The notes below the pieces were generated by a model, which was given only the letters and a program-made list of their open reading frames with translations, searched no databases and was not told the DNA's origin. DNA of 64,000 bases, from sequence record OV032902.1. One strand, written 5' to 3'. Of this stretch, positions 1 through 12,200 are shown one piece after another. The stretch's first letter is position 1. Each line of letters starts with the position of its first letter. The translations under genes and the position numbers were made by a program.

Positions 1-3000
1 GGTATCACCACCATGGAAAACATGTTCTATGGTGCAGTAGCGTTTAACCAGCCTCTAGCGGCTTGGGATGTTTCAAACGTAACTAACTTTGCTCAGATGT
101 TCCGTGATGCTTCTGTGTTTAATCAAGCGATTCCATGTTGGAACGTTGCTAATGCAACAGACATGACTCGTATGCTTAACAATGCAGTAGCGTTCGATCA
201 GAATCTAAGTGCATGGTGTGTGGGCAATAACATTGCTACAGAGCCAACTGACTTTGACTCTGGTTCTGGCATTGCAGGTGTACTAGCTAAAGCTCCTCAA
301 TGGGGTGTTGCATGTTCTCCTGTTGCTGGTCTGAATGGTACAGGCGTACTAGCACGTTGGGATGTTGTTACTAACGACAACCTTTGGGCTGACGTAGGTA
401 AGACTCTTCCTGTTGGTGTAAACGGTATCGTTGCAGTGATTGAAGATAGTTCAGGTAACGGTAACGATGCAATTGTTTCAGGTAATGTTCGTTGGAGAAA
501 CGACAGTTCCGGTAACGGTTACTTGGATTTCGAAAACGGTGCTCAGTTAACAGCAGCTGGAATCACAGATGCTTATGACATTGCATTCGTAGTACCTGGT
601 GTAGGTAACACTTACATCGAGCGTCCTGCTGATGCTGGCGGTGCACACTTCTGGGGACAATCAGCAACCGGTGTAGTAGGCAGTCTATTGATTACTTCAA
701 CTGGTAATGGTTCAACTGTAGGTGGCTTCCAATGTCTACCATACCAAGAGAAAGTTACAACGTCACTATCTCGTTACTTCCGCAATGAAGACCTATTTAA
801 CAATGACCTAAGTGCTTGGGACATGAATGGCATCACAGATGTTTCACACATGTTCGAAGGCGCTGACTTCTTTGAAAATGGTGGTCAACCATTAGCGTGG
901 GATACGTCGACTATTACTGACATGTCTTACTTGTTCCGTGACTGTATTGCATTCAATCAGGATATCACTGGTTGGGTAACATCAGCAGTTACAGATATGA
1001 GTTACATGTTTAATGAGGCAAATGCATTCAACCAAGATATTGGTGGTTGGGACGTGTCTGCGGTAACTGTGTTTACATCTATGCTGCAAGGTGCAACTGT
1101 GTTTAACCAAGACTTGTCTGGTTGGACTACAACGGCTGCAACTCGCATGGATAACATGTTCCGTGACGCAGTAGCGTTTAACTCTGATGTAAGTAACTTT
1201 GACATGAACGGCGTAACACGTGCTGATTACATGTTCTCTGGTTGTACGGTCTTTAACAATGCTGGTATCTCACTAGCTACTTGGGACGTAAGTACGATTC
1301 AGAACTTCTCAGGTATGTTTAATAGTGCTGAAGCATTCGACCAAGACATTACGACATGGACAACGACAAGCGCAACAGCAATGGCTAACATGTTTACCAA
1401 TGCTAAAGCGTTTAACCGTAACATCACAGGCTGGGATGTTGCTAATGTAACTAGCTTCTACAACATGTTCCGTGGAGCAACACTGTTTAACAATGGTGCG
1501 GCAAACGACGGTACTGAAGGTCCAGTGATGAACTGGGATGTTACAGGTGCAACTGATAACCAAGCGTTCCGTGGTATGTTCCAAGATGCGGTAGCGTTTA
1601 ACTGTGAAATGCCTAACTGGGTAATCATTGGTCTAGCAATGGACATGATGAATGGTTGTGCTAAGTTTAACCAAGATATCTCTTCTTGGGACTTAACGGC
1701 AACTACTTACCTGACTTCATTCTTGCGCAACTGTGCAGTGTTTGACAACAAGGGTGCAGCGTTAACTGTTAATGCTCCTCTATGTACTCACTTCAATACG
1801 TTCCTTGCTGGATGTTCAGTATTCAATCAAGACGTAACGATGGTGATGTCGTCAGCTACTAACACAGCTGGTATGTTCCAAGATACTTCGGTATTTAATG
1901 GCGCTATCAGTGGCTTCGATATGAGCGGCGTTACAAACGCAGCGTTGATGTTTAGCGGTGCAGCTAAGTTCAATCAGCCTATTGGTGATTGGGAAGTACA
2001 AAACATTCAGAACTTCTTAAGCTTCTTGAGTGGTGCGGCCGAGTTTAACCAAAAGCTGACATGTTGGGATGTAGGTTCTGCAACTAACATGAATAACATG
2101 TTCTCAGGAACTACAGCGTTTGATCAAGACATCTCTACATGGTGTACTCCAAGCATCACTGCTGAACCAACTGACTTTAAGACTGGTTCAGGTATCAGTG
2201 CAGCTAACGAGCCAAACTGGGCGACTATGGGCGGATGTACTCCAGGAGCAGGTTCAATTGCATCTGGCTCTACATTGGCTATTCTTGACCCGCGTGACAA
2301 GTCTAACTTGTTCCAAGACGTTGGTATGACTAACCCAGTAACAACAGCAGGTCAAACTGTATTAGCGGCTACTGATAGTTCAGGCAATGGCAATGACTTT
2401 GTCTTTGTGGACGGAACGGTAACATACCGTGAAGATACTAACGGCAACGGCATGCTAGAATATGGCCCAAGTGCTAAAGTGCGTGCTGTAGCGATTACGT
2501 CTACATATGACGTTGGCTTTATCGTACCTACTGTTGGTTACGGTTACATAGCTTCAACGGCAATTGCAGGCGGCGCTGAGTTTGGCGGTCGTTCGGGTAC
2601 ACAGCAAGTAGGTCCTATGATCTTTACTGCGAGTGGCTTTGGTAACACCGTTAGCGGAACAGAATGTATCAGTTATGCAAGCGTTAGTCCATTTGCACTA
2701 GAGAGCTTCTTCCGTAGTGAAAACAACCCTGTATTTGCAAGCAACTGGGATTTGACGAATATTACTTCTATTGATAGTATCTTCTTCTTCTCCGATGCAG
2801 CTAATGCAAGTGGCGTGGAAACATGGACTAATACGGGCAATCTAGTTAGTATGCGTTATGCCTTTAATGGCAATAGCAGCCTAAACCAAGACTTATCAAA
2901 CTTTGATACTTCTAATGTACAAGACTTCTTTAGTACGTTCTCTGGCTGTAGTGCGTTTACTGGTACTGGACTAAGCAGTTGGGATGTCGGTTCAGCATCA

Positions 3001-6000
3001 ACAATGGCTTCAATGTTTAACGGCTGCATTAACTTCAACGAAGATCTTTCTTTGTGGAATGTAATCAACTGTAACAACTTTGATAGTACGTTCTCTGGCT
3101 GTCGTGTATTTAACAACGGCGAAGCAGCAGGTTCAAGTACTAAGCCACTAGCATGGGACATCAATACTACTGCTTCTGGCGGTGTTGAGATGGAATCAAT
3201 GTTTAAGAACGCGTGGGTGTTTAACCAAGACATTACTACGTGGAATATGTCTAACGTTGATAACATGCTGAAGATGTTCCAAGACGCGCGCGCATTTAAC
3301 AATGGTAATGCGGCAGGTGTTTCTCATGCTGTAAACTGGGACACAACTCGTGCTGAAACCACAAGTTACATGTTTGACAGTGCTTGGGCATTTAATGGCG
3401 ATATCTCTTCATGGGATACTTCTAACATTGAAGACATGAGCTACATGTTCCAAGATGCACAGGCGTTTAACCAGAATGTTGACCACTTTGACTTTACGTC
3501 AATTATCCCTAATGCTGGTGTCATTCGTGTGTTTAAAGACGCAGTAGCATTTAACAATGGTGAAACTGCCCTAGCAACAACTGCACCTATTACTTGGACT
3601 AACTTACCTGCTGGTTCAAACCTAACTGGTTTGTTCGAGAATGCAGATTCGTTTAACCAAGACCTGGCAATTAACTGGGCTAACGTAACTTCAATTTACC
3701 GCATGTTCTACAATAACGGTGGATTCAACCGTGACGTAAACGGATGGGATGTATCTGGCATTACAAGTCTAGAAGGCGTGTTCTATAATGCTACGGCATT
3801 TAACAACGGGTCTGCTGGCGGCGTAACAGATAACCCTATCACTTGGGATACAAGTTCAGCTACTACAATGGAAGCATTGTTCCGTGGCGCTACGAGCTTT
3901 GACCAAGATGTGAGTGGATTTAACCTTGCTAATGTAACAACGTTACGTCGTATGTTCCGTGATGCTGATAACTTTAATCAGCCGGTTGGTTCATGGGATG
4001 TTTCAGGTGTATCGCGCTTCGATGAAATGTTTGAAGGCACAGACGCATTCAATCAATCTCTAGGTTGTTGGGATGTTTCAGGTGCTACAAACATGGATAG
4101 TATGTTTGAAGCTGCTTTAGGTTTCAATCAAAGTATCTCTGGATGGTGTACGCCAAACATTACGGTTCGTCCGACTTCGTTTGCCGATGCATCGCCAATT
4201 AATGGTACTGCGAATGAACCTGATTGGACTAACATGGGTTCTTGTACTCCAGGTGCGGCAACGCTTTCCTCTGGAAGTACTTTGGCACTATTCGACCCAC
4301 GAGACATGACGTCGCTTTACCAGGATACTGCAAGGACGATTCCTGTAACAGCACCTGGAGACAGCGTACGCGGTATTGCTGATTTGTCAGGAAATGGCAA
4401 CCATGGTGTCATTGATGGCACTGCTGCCCGCTATCGTGAAGATGTTGATGGTAAAGGATTCTTGGATTTATTTGCAGGGTCTTCAATCAAAGTCGCTACT
4501 GTTACAGTTGCATACGATGTAGGCTTTATTATCCCGGGTATCGGTAATGGCTGGGAAGGATTCCTGGCAGATGCTGCCGGTGCAGAATACTGGGGCAAGA
4601 ATGATGACTGCTGTCGTGGACCGTTGATATTCACAGGAAGTGGATTTGGCTCTTCAATGGGCGGCGCAGAATGTATCGCATATGCTCCTGGTACAGTCTC
4701 GTCACTAGACCGTACGTTCTCTAAGGCCGTTTCTTCTGGCGGTAACTTCGCAGATTGGAATACCACTGGTGTAACGCGCATGGAATACATGTTCGAAGAA
4801 CAGCGTACCTTCACGGGTACTGGAGTTGAGAACTGGGATGTAAGTGCAGTAACATCTTTCCAATATATGTTTGATGATTGTGATGTCTTTAATGCCGACC
4901 TTTCAGCATGGGATACGTCATCGGGTACATTGTTCCGTTATATGTTTAACAGAGCCCTCGCATTTAACAATGGCGGCGCTGGTAACGATAAGCCTATGAC
5001 GTTTGACACCTCTTCGGCTACAGATCTATCCGGTATGTTCTTCGGTAACGATGTGTTTAACCAAGATGTGGCAGCGTTCAATACGGCCAATGCAACTACC
5101 TTGGCATCCATGTTTAATGGTGCGAATGCGTTTAACCAAGATGTGAATCATTTCGACTTGACTAAATGTACAAACATAGCAAGTATTTTCCAAAATGCTA
5201 CGGTGTTTAATAATGGTTCTTCAGCAGGAGCTTCTGACAATCCGTTGTCTTGGAGTACGCCGGCACTGACCATTACTTCGCGTGCCTTTGCTAGTACTCA
5301 AGCATTTAACCAGGACTTAAGTTCTTGGACCATGGATAATGTCTGGTGGACAGAAGCCATGTTTAACAACGCCGATGCGTTTAACCAAAACTTGAATGCC
5401 TGGAACATGGAGAAGATGAGCAATGCTTATCTAATGTTCTGGAATGCCGATATCTTTAATAATGGCGGTGCTATAGGTGCTGGTGCCCCAGGTGGTGATG
5501 CTCCATTGACTTGGACTACAACTGCCTTGAGTAATGCTGAGAATATGTTCGCAAGTACAGGTGAGTTTAACCAACCAATGCCAAACTTCGCGTTTGCGGC
5601 AGGTTCGACAACACGCACGAGCAAGATGTTCCAGTCAGCACCGAAGTTTAACCAAGATATCTCTATGTGGGATATGTCTAATGTGACTCGTCTGAGCTAC
5701 ATGTTCCAGAAAGCAATAGCATTTAACAACGGCTCTGCTCCTGGGGTAACTGACAATCCATTAGTATGGGATACATCAAAAGTTATTACGCTTCAAGGCA
5801 CATTTGCTGGCGCTGAGTCATTCAACCAGGATATCGAATCTTGGGATACGTCCAGTGTTACTAATATGAATCAAACATTTAGCTATACTTCTTCTGGAGA
5901 AGAATCCATCTTTAACCGACCATTAAACAAATGGAACGTTTCAAGTGTGACTAACTTCGAAGAAACGTTTGCCCGTAACCGTGCGTTTAATCAGCCACTG

Positions 6001-7539
6001 GCTTGTTGGAACGTAAGTGCTGCTACAAACATGGCTCAAATGTTTGAATCTGCCGACGCAATGGATGGAGACTTAAGTGCATGGTGTACGCCAAACATCA
6101 CTGCCGAGCCTACCAACTTTGTATTTGCATCTAACCTAGATGGACAGACGGCTAAGCACCCTGACTGGGCTAACATGGCTTCTTGTACTCCTGGAGTACC
6201 TACGGCTAGCTGGCCTGATGCTGTAGCTATCTTTGATATGACTGATGTAACTACGTTGTATCAAGATGCAGGTATGACTACGCCGGTAACGGCAGCTGGT
6301 CAATCTGTTGCTAAGATCGAAGACTTGTCAGGTAACGGCAACCACATGACGTGTACAGACACAACAGCTAAGCAAGACGATAACGGTAACTGGTACATCT
6401 GTCGTTTAACTTCAGGTGACATGACCATACCTTCGGCTGCTGGTTCAGGTGACTTTGCATTCGCGATTAACCCGCCGTCTGTAGGTTGGATTACCGGTGC
6501 AACAAACTTCCATAGTGGAGATTGGGGCTTTACTGGTAGTTCGCGTCGTGACTTTGCACAAATCATGATTGGCCCATCTGGTACAGACAATACTATCACA
6601 GGCATTGACTGTGGCGATGGGAAGAGCTGGTCTTGGGCTTCGGCTGCTTCGTCTTCAGACCGCGTGTCGATTGGACGTATTGCCGAGTTTGCTAATGTAA
6701 ACAGTGACATCTCTAACTTGAACATGAGATGGGTATTCGATGCGGAGCGCGCATTTAGCCGTGTAACCTTTGCTAACCCTAACGTGGACTTGTCAGGATG
6801 GAACATGGCAGCGGTAGAGGACATGCAGTACATGTTCAATCAATCTAACTTCGCAGGTAGTGTGGAAAACTGGGATGCTTCTAGCTGTACTAGCTTTGAA
6901 GGCATGTTCTACTTCTGTGCGGACTTTAACGGCGATGTGAGTGGTTGGACAACAAACACTACTGGTTACAGTACCAAGCAAATGTTTGGCGGTTGTACCA
7001 ATTTCAACTCTGGTGCATCTGTAGCGATTACCGGTCCAGATCTTTCAAACTTGACGAGTGCGACTTCGAACTGTTACGACATGTTCCGAGACTGTACGTC
7101 ATTTAACTGTCAGATTCCAACTGTTAACATCATTGGCGATAGCCTGGATGCAGCATACATGTTCCGTGGTTGTTCATGGTTCCAGAATGGCGGCGTAGCG
7201 ATTACGATTAATGGTGACAATGCACGTTCATTGATTAGTTTCTTTGACGGCTGTACGTTGTTCAACCAGCCTGTGACTGTTACATTCCCTACCAACAATC
7301 TACAACGTTGTCAGAGAATGTTCTATGGTTGTCAAGCCATGAATAGTCCTGTAGTTCTACCGCAGTCTAATGCTACTACCATCGTACATACAGTGGGTAT
7401 GTTCCAAGAGGCGATTAACTTCGACCAAGATATGTCTTACTGGTGTGTATCGCATATAGCTTCTAAACCAACTAACTTTGCAACCAATGCTCCAATTGAT
7501 GGAACCGCTAAGGAACCACAATGGGGTGCTGCTTGTTAA
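1..7539 (+). CDS. Giant DUF285/BspA-like (surface-protein 26-residue-type) repeat protein with interspersed phage-fibre-like domains; 5'-truncated by the window edge; putative virion fibre/adhesin
   Basis: Dozens of W(D/N)VSxVTxMxxMFxxAxxFNQDLxx repeats. Bases 1-12 are in frame and stop-free (GITT) and the track start at 13 falls mid-repeat, so the gene begins upstream. Confidence 0.85.
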   Translation, partial: GITTMENMFYGAVAFNQPLAAWDVSNVTNFAQMFRDASVFNQAIPCWNVANATDMTRMLNNAVAFDQNLSAWCVGNNIATEPTDFDSGSGIAGVLAKAPQWGVACSPVAGLNGTGVLARWDVVTNDNLWADVGKTLPVGVNGIVAVIEDSSGNGNDAIVSGNVRWRNDSSGNGYLDFENGAQLTAAGITDAYDIAFVVPGVGNTYIERPADAGGAHFWGQSATGVVGSLLITSTGNGSTVGGFQCLPYQEKVTTSLSRYFRNEDLFNNDLSAWDMNGITDVSHMFEGADFFENGGQPLAWDTSTITDMSYLFRDCIAFNQDITGWVTSAVTDMSYMFNEANAFNQDIGGWDVSAVTVFTSMLQGATVFNQDLSGWTTTAATRMDNMFRDAVAFNSDVSNFDMNGVTRADYMFSGCTVFNNAGISLATWDVSTIQNFSGMFNSAEAFDQDITTWTTTSATAMANMFTNAKAFNRNITGWDVANVTSFYNMFRGATLFNNGAANDGTEGPVMNWDVTGATDNQAFRGMFQDAVAFNCEMPNWVIIGLAMDMMNGCAKFNQDISSWDLTATTYLTSFLRNCAVFDNKGAALTVNAPLCTHFNTFLAGCSVFNQDVTMVMSSATNTAGMFQDTSVFNGAISGFDMSGVTNAALMFSGAAKFNQPIGDWEVQNIQNFLSFLSGAAEFNQKLTCWDVGSATNMNNMFSGTTAFDQDISTWCTPSITAEPTDFKTGSGISAANEPNWATMGGCTPGAGSIASGSTLAILDPRDKSNLFQDVGMTNPVTTAGQTVLAATDSSGNGNDFVFVDGTVTYREDTNGNGMLEYGPSAKVRAVAITSTYDVGFIVPTVGYGYIASTAIAGGAEFGGRSGTQQVGPMIFTASGFGNTVSGTECISYASVSPFALESFFRSENNPVFASNWDLTNITSIDSIFFFSDAANASGVETWTNTGNLVSMRYAFNGNSSLNQDLSNFDTSNVQDFFSTFSGCSAFTGTGLSSWDVGSASTMASMFNGCINFNEDLSLWNVINCNNFDSTFSGCRVFNNGEAAGSSTKPLAWDINTTASGGVEMESMFKNAWVFNQDITTWNMSNVDNMLKMFQDARAFNNGNAAGVSHAVNWDTTRAETTSYMFDSAWAFNGDISSWDTSNIEDMSYMFQDAQAFNQNVDHFDFTSIIPNAGVIRVFKDAVAFNNGETALATTAPITWTNLPAGSNLTGLFENADSFNQDLAINWANVTSIYRMFYNNGGFNRDVNGWDVSGITSLEGVFYNATAFNNGSAGGVTDNPITWDTSSATTMEALFRGATSFDQDVSGFNLANVTTLRRMFRDADNFNQPVGSWDVSGVSRFDEMFEGTDAFNQSLGCWDVSGATNMDSMFEAALGFNQSISGWCTPNITVRPTSFADASPINGTANEPDWTNMGSCTPGAATLSSGSTLALFDPRDMTSLYQDTARTIPVTAPGDSVRGIADLSGNGNHGVIDGTAARYREDVDGKGFLDLFAGSSIKVATVTVAYDVGFIIPGIGNGWEGFLADAAGAEYWGKNDDCCRGPLIFTGSGFGSSMGGAECIAYAPGTVSSLDRTFSKAVSSGGNFADWNTTGVTRMEYMFEEQRTFTGTGVENWDVSAVTSFQYMFDDCDVFNADLSAWDTSSGTLFRYMFNRALAFNNGGAGNDKPMTFDTSSATDLSGMFFGNDVFNQDVAAFNTANATTLASMFNGANAFNQDVNHFDLTKCTNIASIFQNATVFNNGSSAGASDNPLSWSTPALTITSRAFASTQAFNQDLSSWTMDNVWWTEAMFNNADAFNQNLNAWNMEKMSNAYLMFWNADIFNNGGAIGAGAPGGDAPLTWTTTALSNAENMFASTGEFNQPMPNFAFAAGSTTRTSKMFQSAPKFNQDISMWDMSNVTRLSYMFQKAIAFNNGSAPGVTDNPLVWDTSKVITLQGTFAGAESFNQDIESWDTSSVTNMNQTFSYTSSGEESIFNRPLNKWNVSSVTNFEETFARNRAFNQPLACWNVSAATNMAQMFESADAMDGDLSAWCTPNITAEPTNFVFASNLDGQTAKHPDWANMASCTPGVPTASWPDAVAIFDMTDVTTLYQDAGMTTPVTAAGQSVAKIEDLSGNGNHMTCTDTTAKQDDNGNWYICRLTSGDMTIPSAAGSGDFAFAINPPSVGWITGATNFHSGDWGFTGSSRRDFAQIMIGPSGTDNTITGIDCGDGKSWSWASAASSSDRVSIGRIAEFANVNSDISNLNMRWVFDAERAFSRVTFANPNVDLSGWNMAAVEDMQYMFNQSNFAGSVENWDASSCTSFEGMFYFCADFNGDVSGWTTNTTGYSTKQMFGGCTNFNSGASVAITGPDLSNLTSATSNCYDMFRDCTSFNCQIPTVNIIGDSLDAAYMFRGCSWFQNGGVAITINGDNARSLISFFDGCTLFNQPVTVTFPTNNLQRCQRMFYGCQAMNSPVVLPQSNATTIVHTVGMFQEAINFDQDMSYWCVSHIASKPTNFATNAPIDGTAKEPQWGAAC

Positions 7540-7553
7540 TGTAATACTTATTA

Positions 7554-7585
7554 GAGGGAGTCTTCGGACTCCCTCATCTTTTTTC
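7554..7585 (+). terminator. Intrinsic terminator
   Basis: GAGGGAGTC-TTCG-GACTCCCTC followed by a T-rich tract, right after the stop at 7539. Confidence 0.9.
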
Positions 7586-7598
7586 TTTCGTTAAATCT

Positions 7599-7613
7599 TA
7601 TGACCTCAAGGTC
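7599..7613 (+). promoter_or_regulatory. Putative late promoter (phiKZ-type TATG) with +1 hairpin
   Basis: AT-rich ...AATCT-TATG, then GACC-TCAA-GGTC; lies between the terminator and the 7646 start. Confidence 0.55.
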
Positions 7614-7645
7614 AAGTTTAATGCATTAACTTTATAGGCCACAAA

Positions 7646-9253
7646 ATGAAAGAAAATTTTGTAATCCACTTGATCAATGCAAGTGATTCGACCCCAACGG
7701 GTTGGGTACTTATTACTAACGAAGAATACTTTAATGGAGAGGAGTTGCAACCGTTCTCTATTATGGCTTCTTACGAGAAGAGTGTTTTAGTAAACTTCGA
7801 AGGTAAGATTTACAAGTCATTGTTTGCTATGGGCCCTGGAGACTTCAATGAGTCGGCATGGGTTCGTGTAGATCGAGCTTATTCAGAAATTCCAAAGGTT
7901 GATTCGACTCTGTCGTATCCTGAAGACGCTTTGGTATTAGATATTCTAGGGAATCTTAAGTACAGTATTTTCGCGGTAGCTCCGGGTGATACTTCTACTT
8001 GGGAAGACCCAACTACTGGTCTCGAAGTTGCTTCGGCATTTGCCTACTTCGAAGACGAACTAGAAACTAAGTCTCGCTTAGTATCTGGTAAAATGGTTAA
8101 GCTAGCTTCAGCTGATGATACAGCATTGCCTGATTTCGTTGGCGAGTTAGAAGACCCAGAAGAAGCTTATAAGGGCGACCTTACTGAAAAGGTTGTTGCT
8201 TATTATGATGCAAGTCAAATCGCTACGCTGAGCACTACGCTTGCTCCTGGTAATGTTCCAGCAGAAGATGAGCGAGTAGCTTTTGTTCGTGATATCTCAG
8301 GTAATGGTAACCACGCTATTCAGATGGATGTACGTAAGCGTCCAGTTCTTAAGCGTGATGCCAATGGTCGTTTCTTCCTGCGATTCAATCCAGGTAACTA
8401 CATGGAAACCAAGTTCCCGCATACTGGCGAAGTAAGTCAGTTTGTAAACTTTGCGGCAGCTGGTGTTCCTCGTTTCGTTGATACTTACGACGGCAAGATT
8501 CGTCTAGGTATGAAGTCAGAAGCAGATGAGCGTTACTGGGCATGGGGCGGTGAAGCTATTGTTGAAGCAGAACAAGACATTCTTATTCGTGATGAGATTC
8601 GTGCTAAGGTTGTCACGGACAAAGATTCGTATGCTCCTCGTACGCAGTTCTCTGGCTTTAACTTGTTCCGTGATGAAACCACTCTAGTTGACCACATGTC
8701 AGACTTCGACACTACTGGCATGAAAGCATTACCTGGCTTCCTAGAAGGCTGTCTAAACTTCAACGATGATATCTCAGGTTGGGATGTTACAGAGAGTACA
8801 GACTTCCGACGCTTCTTTAAGAACTGTCCATTGTTTGACGGTGAAATCTCTAACTGGGATACTACCAAGGCTACTCGTATGGATGAGATGTTCCAGGGTG
8901 CTACGGCATTCAACTCTGACATCTCTAGCTGGACAGTCGACAACGTAACCAGCTTCTACTGTATGTTCCGTTTTGCTGAGTCTTTTGATCAGCCGCTTAA
9001 TACATGGAATACAGGACTTGCTGAAAGTATGTCATTTATGTTTGAAGGCGCATTAGCTTTCAATCAACCCCTTTCTAACTGGGACCTTTCTTCTTGTCAG
9101 TTCTTGATGGCATTCCTTCGTGGAGCAACATCATTCGAACAAGATCTAAGTACCTGGTGTGTTTCTCATATTGCTATTCGTCCTACTGACTTTATGGACG
9201 AAGACGAAGTCAACGGCGACGCATTCGAACCTCGCTGGGGCGAAGCTTGTTAA
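7646..9253 (+). CDS. DUF285-repeat protein, 535 aa: N-terminal anchor module + fibre-like domain + repeats + Cys cap
   Basis: Repeats in the C-terminal third, DISGNGNH domain, ends WCVSHI..PTDF..EPRWGEAC; N-terminus resembles the ~200-aa cassette adaptors. Confidence 0.8.
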   Translation: MKENFVIHLINASDSTPTGWVLITNEEYFNGEELQPFSIMASYEKSVLVNFEGKIYKSLFAMGPGDFNESAWVRVDRAYSEIPKVDSTLSYPEDALVLDILGNLKYSIFAVAPGDTSTWEDPTTGLEVASAFAYFEDELETKSRLVSGKMVKLASADDTALPDFVGELEDPEEAYKGDLTEKVVAYYDASQIATLSTTLAPGNVPAEDERVAFVRDISGNGNHAIQMDVRKRPVLKRDANGRFFLRFNPGNYMETKFPHTGEVSQFVNFAAAGVPRFVDTYDGKIRLGMKSEADERYWAWGGEAIVEAEQDILIRDEIRAKVVTDKDSYAPRTQFSGFNLFRDETTLVDHMSDFDTTGMKALPGFLEGCLNFNDDISGWDVTESTDFRRFFKNCPLFDGEISNWDTTKATRMDEMFQGATAFNSDISSWTVDNVTSFYCMFRFAESFDQPLNTWNTGLAESMSFMFEGALAFNQPLSNWDLSSCQFLMAFLRGATSFEQDLSTWCVSHIAIRPTDFMDEDEVNGDAFEPRWGEAC

Positions 9254-9264
9254 CGGAGTATACA

Positions 9265-12200
9265 ATGTCTACTTTTGTACGTTTATTTAAATATGACGGC
9301 GATGGTGACGTAGAACTTAACTACGGCATCATTCCTACTTCTATTAACGCTGACCCAGAACGAGTAATCAGTCGCTACAGTCCAACTACGGATTATCCGG
9401 CTAACTCTTTTATTGTTCGTGATGGCGATGTGTACCATTCTCCTCATGGTTCTGCACCTGGTCCGTTTAACTCGGCAGAGTGGAATAACGTTGAAGGTTT
9501 ATTTGCGTTAGTTCAAACGTTTGATACTGATGCTGCTTATGATGCAGATAGTGTTATGCTTCATCCTCGCGATGATGCTCCGTATTATGCTGAGGCAGCA
9601 ACAGGCCCAGGCTCTCTAGATGGCGATGCATGGGTTCCGTTTACTGAAACTGATGCAGCTGTAACCCTTCACTGTTATCTCGACCCAGATAGCGATACAG
9701 AGCTTCCTACGGTCATCGCAGGTAAGTGCGTAGAGATCAAAGACATCTCTCTTCAAGAATCAGACTACCTGGATTACTTTGCTGGTTTCTATGATGCAAC
9801 AAACTCGTCAGAAATGGCAGTGAATGCAGACGGTACAGGCACAGTAACTAATGGCTCTATTGTTCGCTGGATTCGTGACTTGACTGGTAAAGGCAATCAC
9901 GGTATCCAAACAGACGATACGCTATGTCCTCGTTTCGTAGCCAAGCCAGGCGGCGGTGGTTATCTTCGATTTGACCCAGGCGGTCACTTTAAAGTTCCTA
10001 CGATTACAACACCTACTGACCATTGGTTATCATGTGCTGGTCGTGGTGAAGCTGTCTTCCTTGGTATCGATAACGACCGTGATGAATCTAATCCTGGTGC
10101 TACTCTAGGTATGAAGAACCACACTGATACCAAAGCATGGATCTGGAGTGGTGAAGCTATCGCAACTGAGCGTGTCATCCAAGAACACGAAGATTATGTT
10201 CTAGAAGACTTGAAAGAACTAACCGCTAAAGCTGAAGGCGATGTCTCTCCGCTAGGTGGCTGTTTTGAAAACGAGTCTCGTTTGTATCGTGTTATCCCTG
10301 GATTCAATACGCTTGGTCAGACAATGGCACAGACGTTCAAGAACTGTACTATCTTTACTGGTGGTGTTTCTGGATGGGATGTTCGCTTTATTACAAGTCT
10401 TATCGAAACGTTCTATGGTTGTGCAAACTTTAACGAGTCAATCGGTAACTGGCAAACTAATAACTTGCAGCTATTGACGTCTACATTCCAAGGTGCTTTC
10501 AAGTTTAACCAAGACTTATCGGCATGGGATGTATCTAAGGTGCGTACGTTTGATTACTGTTTTGCAGATACCACTGCTTACAATAATGGCGGTGTTAATC
10601 TACTTAACTGGACAACTCCAGCAGCAGAATCAATGACGGGCATGTTCCTTAATGCGCAATCCTTTAATCAAGAGCTTGGTTACTGGGATACGTCAAGCGT
10701 TACGTCTATGGAAAGTATGTTTGATGGCGCAGAAACATTTAACCAAGACATTGGTTCTTGGGATGTTTCCTTAGTTGCTAACATGGACCGTATGTTTTAC
10801 GGTACGACTGATTTCAATCAAGACATCTCTTGGTGGTGTGCGGATTCTATTCCTACCGAACCAACTGACTTTGATACGGATTCTGGTTTTGTAGACCAAG
10901 CCGCATTACAGCCTAACTGGGGCGGTTGTTTACCTACGGGCTTCATTGCCATCTATGAATACGATGATCCTGCTACAATGGGTGCAGCAACAACTGGCGT
11001 TGGTGGTGTTACTGATGGCACTAAAGTCGCATACGTTACGGACATTACTGGTAATGACAATCACGCTATCCAAGCAGACCCATTACTTCAGCCTACGTTC
11101 CGTGAAGTTGCAGATGGCAAAGGTTACTTAGAGTTTACTAATGACCAACATCTAGTTTGTGCGGCTATCACTAATCCAACTCACTGCGCATCTGCTCATG
11201 AAGGTCGTGGTACTGTACGTCACGCTACAATGGACAATACTGCTGGCATGAAAGTCGGCATTAACTTTGCAGCAGCGGATAAGAAATGGGAACTGGCTTC
11301 TCAGTCTTTTGCTGAAACAACTGTACTTCAAGATGATTGGGATTTCGAATTCGATCGCCGTGGAGCAGTGGCTAAGCAGAATGCTATTCCTGCTGGCTCT
11401 CAAGTTAAGTCTATGTTTGAAGACGAACAATACGTCACTGATGGCGTAGCTGCACTGACACTTCCTGACCTAACTGACATGACAGCTATGATGAAAGGCT
11501 GTTTCCGTTGGAATGAAGATATTGATGCATGGGATGTATCGTCTTGTACTGATATGACTTCTGCCTTTGAAGGCTGTGTAGCGTTTAATGGTACTTGTTC
11601 TTCTTGGAATGTGTCTTCTGTTGTGTCGTTTAACTCTATGTTTAAAACAGCAGCGCTATTCAATCAGGACATCACGAGTTGGGTTACGTCTTCTGCAACT
11701 GACATGTCTGGCATGTTTATGTTTGCTGGTAGCTTCACTCAAGATCTATCTGGTTGGAACACAGAGTTCGTTACTGACATGTCTCAGATGTTTGAGCGTT
11801 CATCAGTTAACTTCGACTTGTCTGCTTTAGATACAGCTGCGGTAGTTAACTTCAATCGAATGTTTGCTGACTCGAACTTCTTTAACCAAGACATCAACGC
11901 CGTAGATTTCTCTGCTGCTGAAGACATGGGTGGAATGTTCTACGGTGCAAAAGCATTTAACAACGGTGGTCAGGCCCTAGCTATTAATGCTCCTGTTGCT
12001 ACAACACTTAATCAGTTCCTGAGCTTCAGTGATGTTTTCAATCAAGACATTTCTGCTATGAATCTGCCTGCTGTAGAAACACTAGGTGGCTTCCTGTCTG
12101 GCGCTCAGTCGTTTAACAACATCATTGCTGGTTTTAGTGCTCCTGTTGCCACAGATGTGAATTCGTTCTTTGCTTATGCTCCTGGTTTTAACCAAGACAT

